Assembly: GCF_009914755.1 (NCBI RefSeq)
Contig: NC_060932.1
DNA from: the human T2T-CHM13v2.0 reference genome, Homo sapiens
DNA length: 64,000 nucleotides
Reading direction: 5' to 3' (one strand)
Under the pieces are notes generated by a model, which was given only the letters and a program-made list of their open reading frames with translations, was not told the DNA's origin and searched no databases. The translations under genes were made by a program, and so were the position numbers. Shown here piece after piece: positions 31,917-44,540 of this stretch; positions within the stretch are counted from its first letter, which is position 1; each line of letters begins with the position of its first letter.

Positions 31917-34900
31917 CTTTGTGGATTTATCTACCTTTGGTCTTTGAAGTCGGTGACCTTCAGATGGGGTCTCTGAGTGGATGTCCTTTTTGTTGATGTT
32001 GATAATATTCTTTTCTGTTTGTCAGTTTTCCTTCTAACAGTAAGGCCCCTCTGCTGCAGGTCTGCTGGAGTTTGCTGGAGGTCCACTCCGGATGCTGCTT
32101 GCCTGGGTATCACTGGCGGAGGCTGCAGACCAGCAAAGATTACTGTCTTTTCCTTCCTCTGGAAGTTTCTTCCCAGAGAGGCACCCACCAGATGCCAGCC
32201 TGAGCTCTCCTGTATGAAGTGTCTGTCGGCCCCTACTGGGAGGTGTCTCCTAGTCAGGATACATGGGGGTCAGAGACCCACTTCAGGAGGCAGTCTGTCC
32301 CTTATCAGAGCTCGAACACTGTGCTGGTAGATCTGCTGCTCTCTTCAGAGCTGCCAGGCAGGGACGTTTAAGTCTGCTGAAGCTGCACCCACAGCTGCCC
32401 CTTCCACAAGGTGTTCTGTCCCAGGGAGGCGGGGGTTTTATCTATAAATCCCTGACTGGGGCTGCTGCCTTTTTTTCAGAGATGTCCTGCTCAGAGAGGA
32501 GACAATCTGGGCACAGGGGCCTTGCTGAGCAGGGCTGGGCTCCACCCAGTTCGAACTTCCCTTGGCTTTGTTTACACTGTGAGGGTGAAACCGCCTACTC
32601 AAGCCTCAGTAACGGCAGATGTCCCTCTCCCCACCAAGCTCGAGCATCCCAGGTTGACCTCAGACTGCTATGCTGGCATTAGAATTTCAAGCCAATGGGT
32701 CTTAGTTTGCTGGGCTCCGTGGGGGTGGGACCCACCAAGCCAGACTACTTGGCTCCCTGGCTTCAGCCCCCCTTCAGGGGAGTGAACGGTTCTGTCTCAC
32801 TGGTTCCAGGTGCCACTGAGGTATGAAAAAAACTCCTGCAGCTAGCTCGGTGTCTGCTCAAACAGCTGCCCAGTTTTGTGCTGGAAACCCAGGGCCCTGG
32901 TGGTGTAGGCATGGAAGGAATCTCCTGGTCTGCAGGTTGTGAAAACCGTGGTAAAAGTGCAGTATCTGGGTTGGAGTGCACGGTACAGTCCCTAATGGCT
33001 TCCCTTGGCTGGGAGAGGGAGTTCCCCAGTCCCTTGAGCTTCCCAGGTGACGGGCTGCCCCACCCTGCTTTGGCTCGCCCTCCTTGGGCTGCACCCACTC
33101 TCCAACCAGTCCCATTGAGATGAACTGGGTACCTCAGTTGGAAATGCAGGAATCACCCGCCTTCTGCATTGATTTCCCTGGGAGCTGCAGACTGGAGCTG
33201 TTCCTATTTGGCCATCTCGCCAGCAACAGCTGGTGTTTCTTAACCTGTAAGATAGGGATAACAATATCTACCTCATAAAATTGTTTTGAGGATTAGAAAA
33301 GATGCCACGGGTAAAACACCTGCATCAAATGGGTACTGCATAGATAATTGTCACTATTACGACTACTGATGTGGGGCAAGAGTCCTCAGAACATGCAGAG
33401 TGCTTGATTAACCTCAGTCAATGATGGCTGTTATTTTTATTGGTGGAAATAATAATATTACTACTACAACTCCTACTAATATGCAGCTGAGGGAGAAATT
33501 CAAGGATATAATGCGTGACTCAAGTTTATGATATGTCACGGTGGAGAACAGAGCAACTAGTTTGCTTGGAAATGTGCTTTCACTGGGTCAAAGACTTGGG
33601 CATTGAGGAGGCTGCAGAATCTGGTGGCTGAGTCAGGGAGGCTGGGTACTGAGCAGGGGCTCAGCTGGGCTGAGGTCTGTTATCCCAGTTCTTAGCCCTT
33701 CTTAAAGGGTCCAATAAAAGCCCCTGTTGCATAGTCCCCCAAAATTCTTAGGGCCTAGTTCTTTTTTTCCAATTGGTTTACAAAGCCAATTACAAAAACA
33801 ACACATTGACATTTACAGAATGTTGGGCAAAGCTAAAACAAAGGCAGTGTTGCTCAACTGTATTTGAGAAGGGCCTGTCAGAGGATGGGGTCATTTGAGC
33901 TGGATTTGATGCAGCAAAACAAAATGCTAGATTTTGACAAAATCTTAAATGAAGACTGCTGAAGTAGATTAGATCTGGAGTGACCTAAGGCAGAGCTTGT
34001 TCTTTGCAGTAAAGGAAAGTAGCCTCCTGCCTGTGTGTGTCTGTGTTTGCCTGGGGTAGTGGGCAAATGGGGGAAGTTGAGGGAAATCAATTCCATTTAT
34101 AAATGAATCCATTTGGATCTCAGCAAGGACAGATGAACACACCAAGATCTCTCTTATGGGGAGCAGTGTGGCCCAGTCATGATCACCTGGGCCTGAAACA
34201 CCTCATAGTTGCTGAGAGAAAGCACATTGTAGCAATACAAATCCCTTTTGCTGAATAGGCCTGCTGGTATCATATCCATTTACACTGCTGCATTTTTACA
34301 CAGGTCACACCTAATTTAGGTGAAACCCCAAAGCAACAGCCATCAACTACATGTGCTGCTCACCATTTCCCTCCTTTCCACTTCCAGCTCCTGATCCTTT
34401 TGGTGATGTCTGTTGCTAAGGAATCTAGTGTGGCCTGCGGATATCTAGGTCATATTGCTGTGGATTAAAAGGAAAAACTAGAGGGCTCCTTTGGAGTTAG
34501 CAGTCATCACCAAATGCCTCTGGACTGCCACCCACCTTAGCTCAGTCCTTCACCTGTGCAGCTCTGCTTTCGCTTTGCGGATGCAAGTCACACATCAGTG
34601 GATTTTTTTAGGAATAATCTTCTTTGTCTTCTCTGTAGCATTTGGGTATTGACTATTGGATACCTGCTTCTTTGATTTTGCATGAATTGCATTATACAGA
34701 TTCTCTGCCGCTCTCCTATCATTACTTCCATTTCCCATTTAGAGTCCCCTTCCTCATGCTCCTCCCAGACATGAGGTTCACAAGGTTTTCTCCTCTTTTC
34801 TCTGACCCTGCCATGCAGAAATCACTCCTTCTCACAAGGCCAGGAATCACCTGAACACACAATTCACAGAGCAGGCCTTGCCACGCACCCCTCCCAGAGG

Positions 34901-34984
34901 TTAGCTCACATCTTCCCAACTTCCTCTGCATTCCGAGACATTCTCTCCCCTTCCTAGATGCTCGTGGCTGAAACAGCACACATG

Positions 34985-35360
34985 ATTTCCTTTCAGAATT
35001 CTCCATTTGAGTGGTTGGCATCATCAGCATTCACGGCACCCAATCTTAAACCTCAAGATCATTATCTGCAACTTCTTCTCTCTTGCCTCTAGCCTTGTAC
35101 CCACTCAAGCCTCTTAAGTCAATTATTCTTCAGGTAGACTCTTGCTTTCTGTCCCCACTAGTTTCCATGTTGGCAGCTCATGCTGTATCATCCTGTCCCA
35201 TGCCCTGCCTCTAGGTTTTCTCCCCTCCACACTCAATAGACGTGTGGATAATACACACTGCAGAGAACCTGCCTTAGACATCTCTAGGCTCCCCACTGCA
35301 CTCAGCACAATGCCTTTTGAAACACAGACACTCAACAAATGTTCATATAATGAATGCATA
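34985..35360 (+). mobile_element. L2 fragments including the 3' end
   Basis: cagcacaatgcc...cactcaacaaatgttcatataatgaatg. Confidence 0.55.
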
Positions 35361-35809
35361 AATAGAGGTGCACCAGGCAGCAACCTCTTCTGAAGCAAGA
35401 GTGGTAACCGAGATAGGAAAATATTGCAATCGCAATTTACAAATGCTCTTCTGCTGAAAATGAACAAGAAGATTAAGCTATAAATACTCTTTCGGGGTAA
35501 TTAAATGGAACAAAAGGTAATAATTGTTAGCATAAAATGCAATCACATTTTAATAGATTCTGAAAATTAAACAGGCTTTCTGGCGATAGATCTTAAAGCA
35601 TTTCTATTACACTTATTAGAGAACATTAATTTCTGAAGACCCAGAAATGACCCAGTCCTTTGAATTACATTGATGTTATTACCACACAGCCTGAAAATTG
35701 TATATTTGGTATTAAGAAATCAAACACAGTCACTCTTAAACTTTAGATGTTATTTGGTCTGACATTTGATTTTACCTCACTTACTTAGAAAGTAAGTTAC
35801 TTTGCTACT

Positions 35810-36208
35810 GTATTATGAATCCTGACGGAAGACACAAGACTCTTGGGACAGAGGTAAAGGATTTTATTATTCACAACACTGCAAATGGCATGAATGCATT
35901 GGTTCCCTTACTCTTTAAGTCCCAAAAGGATGAATAGCCCAGAAGGATGCCTACATAAGGAATGTGTTGTGCTAAAGGAACTGACTTGAGGAACTCTGAA
36001 AAGAGCCCAGATGGAGGCATTATACATTCTTTAAGATTGTTCACTAAAAACACAACCCAGAGAAATGGCTCAGGTGAAGAGGTTCAGCACCCTGCATTCT
36101 TTTTTCCCCCCATATATACCTCTGTAAGCAAAGGGCCTTGAATTCTTGATAGACACAACAAGGACCTGCAGGGATGTGAAGAGCCATGGTGAATTGCCTC
36201 TCCCAACA
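35810..36208 (-). mobile_element. ERVL-class solo LTR (LTR40/LTR53-like)
   Basis: Reverse complement starts tgttgggagaggcaattcaccatgg; tttatt near the left end gives AATAAA on minus. Confidence 0.55.
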
Positions 36209-36351
36209 TACTTCAGATAAGAATTAATACTCAAAGTAACAAGGATATCATTATTAGCTTTCTGAATTTAGAGTATGGACTATTGGGACATTGATGAACA
36301 TCATTTGTGCAAAAATAAACTAGGTGATCAGAAAGATTAATACTTATTAGT

Positions 36352-36418
36352 TATGTGTGTGTATATATATAACACACACACATATATATATATATACACA
36401 CACACATATATATATACA
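36352..36418. repeat. Compound (TA)n/(CA)n microsatellite
   Basis: Directly visible. Confidence 0.9.
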
Positions 36419-36789
36419 GAGTGTGAGGAAAGGAAGATATAAGTTGTAACTTGATATTTTTCAACAGAATTTTTTTTTATGAACACATCATAATGAGCCA
36501 AATGAAATTCTCTCACTTTAGCACAAAACTTGAGACCTTTGAAAAAATCTCTTTCATGCTATGTATGCTTATTCTGAAAAGCCCATGGCTATTCTGCTGC
36601 AGCAGAATCTGACATGATCTCAATTATTATCACTAACAGCATTAATTTATGGAACTATTTACTGTGTGATGCACTTTATGTTAGTGATGCACATTCAAAA
36701 GAGAATAGTCCTTGTCCTCAGAAGACATACAACGGATTTTGGTCAGCATGATTAGTCACAGGTCCCATCGTCTATTTTAGTATATCTGA

Positions 36790-37260
36790 GCATAAGGGAA
36801 TATATTGAAGCAGACTTGTAGTTATGGAATCTCTGAAAAGGCCTGAGAACCAGGCAGGGATGCTGCATCTCCAGAGAATACGCAATGAGGAGCAACCCAG
36901 CCAGAAGTCACACTGCGTGGAGGTCTGGAAGAGCAACACAGCAGCTATGGCCCGTGGATTGGCACCTATGGTGCTCAGGACCAGACCCTTGACCCCTGCC
37001 ATACTGCCCCAGAAACCTAGGTGCCTGTGCCGCTGTGCCCGTCAGAAGCTTCTCCCACGGTGACTGCTTCCTCCATTTTGTCACTTCTGTTGCTAAGTTG
37101 CTCACAGCGAAGCCGGATTACAGAAGCTAGGGCTTGTTTCGAACCTACCAACAGAGGACTCAGGGGAACTGAAATTTAGCTTTATAGTCTATGTAATACA
37201 GAAAGATAGGCTAGGAGGGCGAGCAGAAAAGGTGAGCCTATTCCACCTATGGTTTCTGCC
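36790..37260 (-). mobile_element. Old MLT1-type LTR (tentative)
   Basis: aggcctgagaaccaggc...ggactcaggggaactgaaatttagcttt resembles old MLT1 termini. Confidence 0.4.
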
Positions 37261-37362
37261 ATCAGGTAGTATATACAAGTAGTAAATAGTAGGTAGCTAT
37301 TAAATGGTTGCAAAAGAAAGGACTGCAGTAATGTACATAGATGCTTAATGAATGTGTATAGA

Positions 37363-37678
37363 TCATCACTGTCCAATAGAAACATGACATAAGCCAAAAC
37401 TGATTTTACGTTCTCTACTAACCATGCAAAAAAGCAAAAAACAAAAAAAGGTGAAATTAATTTTATCAGTATAATTATTTAACCCAGCATATCCAGAATG
37501 TTATTATTTTAACATGAAATCAATATTAGAATTAATAAAGTGTTTTACATTCTTTTTGAATACTAAGTTCAAATCTGGTTTGCATTTTTTCCTTATAGCA
37601 CCTCTAAATTTCCATGAGTACATTTCAAGTGCTTTGCAGTCTTGTGGGGCTAGTGGCTACCACGCTGGATGGCATGGC
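37363..37678. mobile_element. MER33 hAT-Charlie MITE
   Basis: cactgtccaatagaaac...ggtgaaattaatttt...tttaaccca...catttcaagtgct...ggctagtggctaccacgctgga. Confidence 0.8.
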
Positions 37679-38227
37679 TCTAAATGGACAGTGTTAGAGG
37701 AGCTTAGAGATAGGGAATCAGTCAGATCCAGGGTAGCTGAGCAGAGCTTCTTGGAAAAGTGGGACTTGAATCATCTTAATGTTAGAACTTACAAAACTTT
37801 GAAAATGGACAAGAGCATGCCAAGTGTCAAGTCTGGATATTTCCAGAGGTCCTGAAAAGCTTCAGCTACTAATTGTCCTTGCTGGATTTTTCATGGTTGA
37901 AATCTGACCCTGAGAAACCTGAGTGTAGGGACATGGTGAGTTCTTCTCATGGAGGTGAATATCTAGGAGCCAGCCTCAGAATATTGACATATGAAATCAA
38001 AGGGCCATTCTTCAATTTCAAGTTTTTATTTTAGGATAATTGTAGATTGACATGTAAGTGTAAAAAATAACTACAGGAAAATCCACATACCCTTTATCCA
38101 GTTTCACTCAATGGTAACATGTTGTAAAGCTATAGAACAATGTCACAACCAGGATATTGACACTTACACAGTCAAGATACACAGCAGTTCCATCATACAC
38201 AATCCTCATATTCTGCTCCCCCACCAC

Positions 38228-38433
38228 TTTTATTTTTTGAGACAGAATCTCGTTCTGTCAAGTAGCTAGGATTACAGTCATCCACCACCATGCCCAGCTA
38301 CATTTTTGTATTTTTAGTAGAGACGGGGTTTCTCTGTGTTAGCCAGGATGGTCTTGATCTCCAGACCTCATGATCCACCTGCCTCGGTCTCCCAAAGTGT
38401 TGGGATTACAGGCATGAGCCATCGCTCCCGGCC
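38228..38433 (-). mobile_element. AluS with most of the right arm deleted
   Basis: ctcgttctgtc joined to aagtagctagg. Confidence 0.88.
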
Positions 38434-38686
38434 CCAAGTTCCCCTTTTATAGCCACACCTACTTCCCATCTGCTCCCAGCCTCCCCCTCTTTTTAAAATG
38501 TTTGTCAACCAGTAATCAGTTCTATAGTTTTCTCATTTCAAGTATGTTACATATGGAATCATACAGTATGTAACCTTTGGAGACTGGCTCCTTACTCAGC
38601 ATAAATTTTGTAGATTCATCCAGGTTGTAGAATCTATCAACAGTTTGTTCCTTTTTGTTGCTGACTGGTATTTCCATTGTATAGAC

Positions 38687-38969
38687 TGTGAACATTGTCA
38701 GAATCAAAATGGAGTTACTCATGTTAAAAAAAAAAGTCCAACCTTGGACTGGCATTACCATTGTTATTGATCTTTATAGCAAGAATAATCATTTCAAAAC
38801 AATTATGTTATTCTCCTCATTTTTCCTTTAAAAACCTTTGTCATTCTTTACTTCCCTGAATACACACATAGTTAACTATGGTAACTGTATTCCCATCACA
38901 AGGCTCTAGTCCCAAATAAACATCATTTTCTTTCAGAAAGCATCTCTCTGTTTGTTATTTATGTTGACA
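38687..38969 (+). mobile_element. 5' LTR of a MER65-like ERV1 (internally deleted)
   Basis: tgtgaacattgtcagaatcaaaatggag...cccaaataaa...gttgaca; homologous to 45995-46448. Confidence 0.88.
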
Positions 38970-38973
38970 TAAA

Positions 38974-38991
38974 TGGTGTTCAGAAGTGGGA
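38974..38991 (+). other. Primer-binding site complementary to the tRNA-Leu(CAA) 3' end
   Basis: tggtgttcagaagtggga, 4 nt after the LTR, vs expected TGGTGTCAGAAGTGGGA (1-nt insertion). Confidence 0.8.
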
Positions 38992-41413
38992 CCTAGAGTA
39001 GGATCCCATTTGGATGAGTCAGAGATTCTTGGAACCAGTTTGCAGTACTTGAGCCTCTCTGCTTCCATGGCTCTCTGCTTCCATGGCTCACCTTTCCTGT
39101 CCTGGAGAGTCTTCTCTCAGCCGAGGAGTCCTCTTTTGGGTAGAAGCTCTTGACTTTGTCTGCATGAGGCCACCTTACTAAAGAACCATACATTCCTCCT
39201 GGGATGATAAAAGACTTTTTGTCTTTTCTGGTAAGTCTTTTCTGATATAAAGACAAGTGTCCTCTGGGTTGAGCACTCTTGTTTCTATAATTTACATTTT
39301 GTCTGTGAGGCATGGCATTTCTGGTGAATTCACTTTTGGTTATGTACCTAGATTAAAATTTTGGTTAATTTGAAAGCCTGGGTTAACATTTTTGTGAACA
39401 CTATTATCTTGGTTTCTTTTGATTTGGTTTGACTCTTCTCCTTTGCTTGTTTCCATAAATTTTCTGAGAGTAATCATAAACATAGTAAATGGTGGGCACA
39501 AGATGGCTAATTAAAAGCCACTAGGTGGTTGACTCCCTCTAAAACACTGGTCCAAACTCCTGAGGTCCTCTGACAGGATTTATAGGATTTTCTTTGCTTT
39601 TGTGAAGTTAATAAGAAATGGAATGGGATTCTCAAACATTAAGGCATGCCAGGTTTCCTGGGACTCCAGCCAGCTACATATTATGGCCTGTTCTTCCCAT
39701 TTTAAAACTGATGGGCAAAATTACATCAAGAAAAATTCAGAGCTCAAATGGCCATTATTCAAATTCTCTAAAAAACTTCTAACTATAGAGTTGGTATTGT
39801 GATTTCATGACTAAAATTCTAAAATTAAAGGTATAAGATCTTTGTGCATATGTATAAATGTTTAGGTGTGTTTATGCACATATACATGTGTTATGTTATG
39901 TGTTGTATCTACATGGTAAAATCTGGCACAGCCAGAAATGCTCTAGGAATTTTATTTAGATTGGCTTAGGTAAATAAATACTCATATAAAATATATAGTA
40001 ATTAACCCAAAATGGCTCTTTAGCTTACGTGACTTAAGCTGGCTTTAAAATTATTAACAAGATAGAAATATCTTCAGAATTGTCTGCATACAGTTTTGCT
40101 GGTCATGTGGCTTTATATTAGTTTCTGTTGGATGTTGACACACAGATGATGAAACTGTAAACCCAGCCTAAACAGAATGACCTTTCCTTTTGCAATTTTT
40201 TTGATACTTAAGACTAATTTAATATTGTTGTTTTAATGAAAACAACTGTATCTTCCGAGTTATTGGCAAAATGTCCATCTATTTAACTTTAAAGTTTTTA
40301 CTTAGATGAACACCTGATATTCACAGGCTCTAAAGATGGTTAACAGAAATAATTCCAAACGATGACTAGCTTTGTTTAATATCTCAGTTTCCACAAGTAA
40401 TCTAGGTAAACTATTAAAAATAAATAAATCAGGTAAATGTAAATGGTATAAGCATTTATAAGTAAACTTTTTATGTAATTAAAAAATTTAAAGCTCTGTT
40501 GCGTTAAATTACGTAATAAATACTCATTAAATGTCTAGGTCATTTCGAAATAAGATAAAAACGAAAACAAATTGGTGATCATAAATAAGTTTGATTTTTG
40601 TCCCTGAGATTTTATATAAAGACTAAATATATTTAGATCTATTAATACTTACATTTAGATCTAAGTATATTTGGATGAAGTATTTTGAACCCTTTGACAT
40701 CTTTGGAAAGCTTCTCCAGGATTAAAATTCTAAGTGAAGCCTGTTACACCTAAAATTAACTTTGGGCCCCTGGAGAGCCTCAAAGAATGTGTCTCTCATT
40801 TTGCAGCGATATTAAATGATTAGACTTATTTGGTAAATTGTATGGGAAGCATTGTCAAATGATAAGCGATACTAGATCTTCTTTCAGTTACACTTATGGA
40901 TATATTACTGATATAATGTTTCAAAAATTTTTATATAAATTCATAAAAATCTAATATGTTATCAGTCATAATTTTAGTTGTTAATGTTAAATCTTTTTTC
41001 AAAATGATATTTTTATGGATATGTTATTTATGTGAATATCCTAAAGATTACATAAAATGTATAAGTCTGATGGTCCTAATGTGACATTGTCAGTCATAAT
41101 TCTGATTATCTTTATGCCACAGGTAATAAAAATAACTAAATTTCATTGTAAGTGTGAACTTTGATCAGTTTTTTTATCATAGTATCTTCAGTTATTGTTA
41201 TCCACAGTTACTGTTTTGAATTCTTCTTTAAATGGCTTTGTAATCAGCTATAGTCCAAAATTGCTTTTCATGGAGAAGTCTAACAAGTACCCTCGAACAC
41301 CGATTTCTGGTAATGTTAAGATCAATGGATGAAATAAAAATATTCAGAACTGTAATATAGAAACTGATCAAGCAAAATAAAATTTAATTACATGAAATCA
41401 AATAACTGATTAA

Positions 41414-41718
<305 letters not shown>

Positions 41719-41874
41719 AAGATCATGTTTTTATGATTTTTATTCAAAACATGGTTGGTTCTTTATTTAAATGTATTGTTTCCCAGATTTAAGGATTTTT
41801 TTCTTCTTAAGCTGTTTATAGTTTACAACAATTTGGTAAAGTATAGTTTTGTGAACAAAGGTGGAATCAATTTT

Positions 41875-44540
41875 TTTCACATTTCTTTAATATTTACTTT
41901 AGGTTTAGGGGTACATGTGCAGGTTTGTTATACAGGTAAATCACATGTCATGGGAGTTTGGTGTACAGATTATTTCATCACCCAGGTAACAAACATAGTG
42001 CCTCATAGGTAGTTTATCAACCGCCACCCTCCTCTCACCCTCTATCCTCAAGTAGGTTCCGTTGTCTGTTGTTCCCTTCTTTGTGTTTATATGTTCTCAA
42101 TGTTTAGCTCCCACTTATAAGTAGGAACATGCAGTATTTGGTTTTCTGTTCCTACATTAATTAGCTTGGGATAATGACCTCCAGTTCCATTCATGTTGCT
42201 GCAAAGGACATGACCTTGGTTTTTTTTATGGCTGTGTAGTATTTTATGGTGCATACGTACCACGTTTTCTTCACCTAGTCTATTGTTGATGGGCATTTAG
42301 GTTGGTTCTATGTCTTTACTGTTGTCAATAGTGCTGTAATAAATATACACATGCATGTGTCTTTATGGTAAAACAATTTCTATTTCTTTGAGTATGTACC
42401 CAGTAATGGGATTGCTGGGTTGAACAGTAGTTCTGTTTTAAGTTATTTGAGGAATCTCCACACTTATTTCTTGTTCTGTGGTCTCAGAGCATTGGAGGTA
42501 TGATTTCATTTTTTTTTTTTTAAATTTACTGAGGATTGTTTAACGAGCCAATTCTGTGGTTGATTTTAGAGTATGTGCCATGTGCAGATGAGAAGAATGC
42601 ATATTCTGTTGTTTTGGAGTGGAGAGTTCTGTAGATGTCTCTTAGGGTCCATTTGGTCAAATGTAGAGTTCAGGTCCCGAATATCTTTGTTAGTTTTCTG
42701 CCTCAGTGATCTAATACTATCAGTGGTGTTGAAGTCTCCCACTATTATTGTGTGATTATCTAAGTCTCTTTGTAGATCTCTAAGAACTTGCTTTATGAAT
42801 CTGGGTTCTCCTGTGTTGGGTGCATATGTATTCAGGATAGTTAGGCCTTCATCTTGAATTGAACCTTTACTGTGATGTAATGCCCTTCTTTGTCTTTTTA
42901 GATCATTGCTGGTTTAAAGTCTGTTTTGTCTGAAATTAGAATAGCAACCCTTGCTTTTTTCTCTCTTCCATTTGCTTGCTAGATTTTTCTCCATCCATTT
43001 ACTTGGAGCCAAAATGTGTCATTGCATGTGAGATGAGTCTCTTGAAAACAGCATAGAGTTGGGTCTTGCTTGTTTACCCAACTTACCAATCTGTGCCTTT
43101 TAATTGGAGACATTTAATCTGTTTACATTCAAGGTTAATATTGATATGTATGGATTTGATCCTGTCTTCATGTTGTTAGCTGGTGATTATTGCAGACTTG
43201 ATTGCGTGGTTGCTTTATAGTATCAATGGTATGTATACTTAAGTGTGTTTTTGTGGGGGCTTGTGATGGTCTTTTCTTTCCATATTTAGCACTTACTTCA
43301 GGACCTCTTGTAAGGCAGGGCTGGTGGTAATGAATTCTCTTAGGCATTTGCTTGTCTGAAAATAATCTTATTTCTTCTTTGCTTATGAAGTTTAGTTTGG
43401 CTGGATATAAAATTCTTGGCTGGAATTTCTTTAAGAATGTTGAATATAGGCCCTGAATCTTTTCTGGCTTGTAGGGTTTCTAGATCTGCTGTTAGTCTGA
43501 TGGAGTTCCCTTTGTAGGTGACCTGTCCCTTCTCTCTAGCTGCCTTTAACATATTTTGCTTTCATTTCAAACTGGGAGAATCTGATGACTATGTGTCTAA
43601 GGAATGGTCATCTTGTATAGTATCTTGCAGGGTTCTCTGCATTTTCTGAATTCGAATGTTGGCCTCTCTAGCAAGGTTGGGGAAATTTTCATGGATGATA
43701 TCCTGAAAAATGTTTCCCAAGTTGCTTGCTTTCTTTCCCTCTCTTTCAGAGACACCGCTGAGACATAGATTTGGTCTCTCTCTCTCTTTTTTTTTTTTTT
43801 TAAATAAATGGTCGTTTTACATAATTCCATGTTTTACAGAGGTTTTGTTTATCCTTCTTTAATCTTTTTTCTTTATTTTTGTCTGACTGTTACTTCAGAG
43901 AACTGATCTTAGAGCACTGACATTCTTTCCTTGGCTTGGTCAATTCTGCTGTTAATATTTGCAACTGTATTCTGAAATTCTTGAAGTGAGTTTTCAGCTA
44001 TATCAGATCATTTTGGTTCTTTCTTACAATGGCCATTTTATCTTTCATCTCCTATACCATTTTATCGTATGCCTTAGAATCCTTGAATTGGGTTTCAACT
44101 TTCTCCTGAATCTCAATGATCTTTGTTCTTGTCCATATTCTGAATTCTATTTCTGTCATTTGAGCCATTTAAGCCTGGTTAAGAACCATTGCTAGAGAAC
44201 TAGTGCACTTGTTTGGAGGCAAACAGACACCCTAGCTCTTTGAGTTGCCAGAGTTCTTGAGCTGGTTTTTTAAATCTGCATGGGCTGATGTTCCTACAAT
44301 CTTTGAAGTTGCTGTACTTTGGATGAGTTTTTCTTTTCACTTTTTTCTTCTTTGATTCTCTTGGGGTTTGATTGGTATAAAGTGGTACAAGGTAGGTTCA
44401 GTCAACTGGCTTTGTTTCTCTTCCCCAAGAGTCACTGAAGGCCAGGAACAAGTTCCAGTGCACAGCAGCCCTGTGCAGGGTTCCCAGCTTCCTCTTCCTT
44501 CAGGCCAGCATGTGTGTCCTGCCACTGTCCACTCTCAATA
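41875..44540 (-). mobile_element. L1PA15-like element with two large internal deletions
   Basis: 3'UTR/ORF2 end at 41875-42464 joined to the EN region; ORF1 peptide KAAREKGQVTYKGNSIRLTADL; 5'UTR piece at 44418-44540. Confidence 0.85.

Noticed and set aside
38974-38991. tRNA gene
   Set aside because: Only an 18-nt complement of a tRNA 3' end next to an LTR, i.e. a primer-binding site.
39055-39086. Perfect 16-bp tandem duplication ctctctgcttccatgg
   Set aside because: Real, but an ordinary slippage event in a dead ERV leader.
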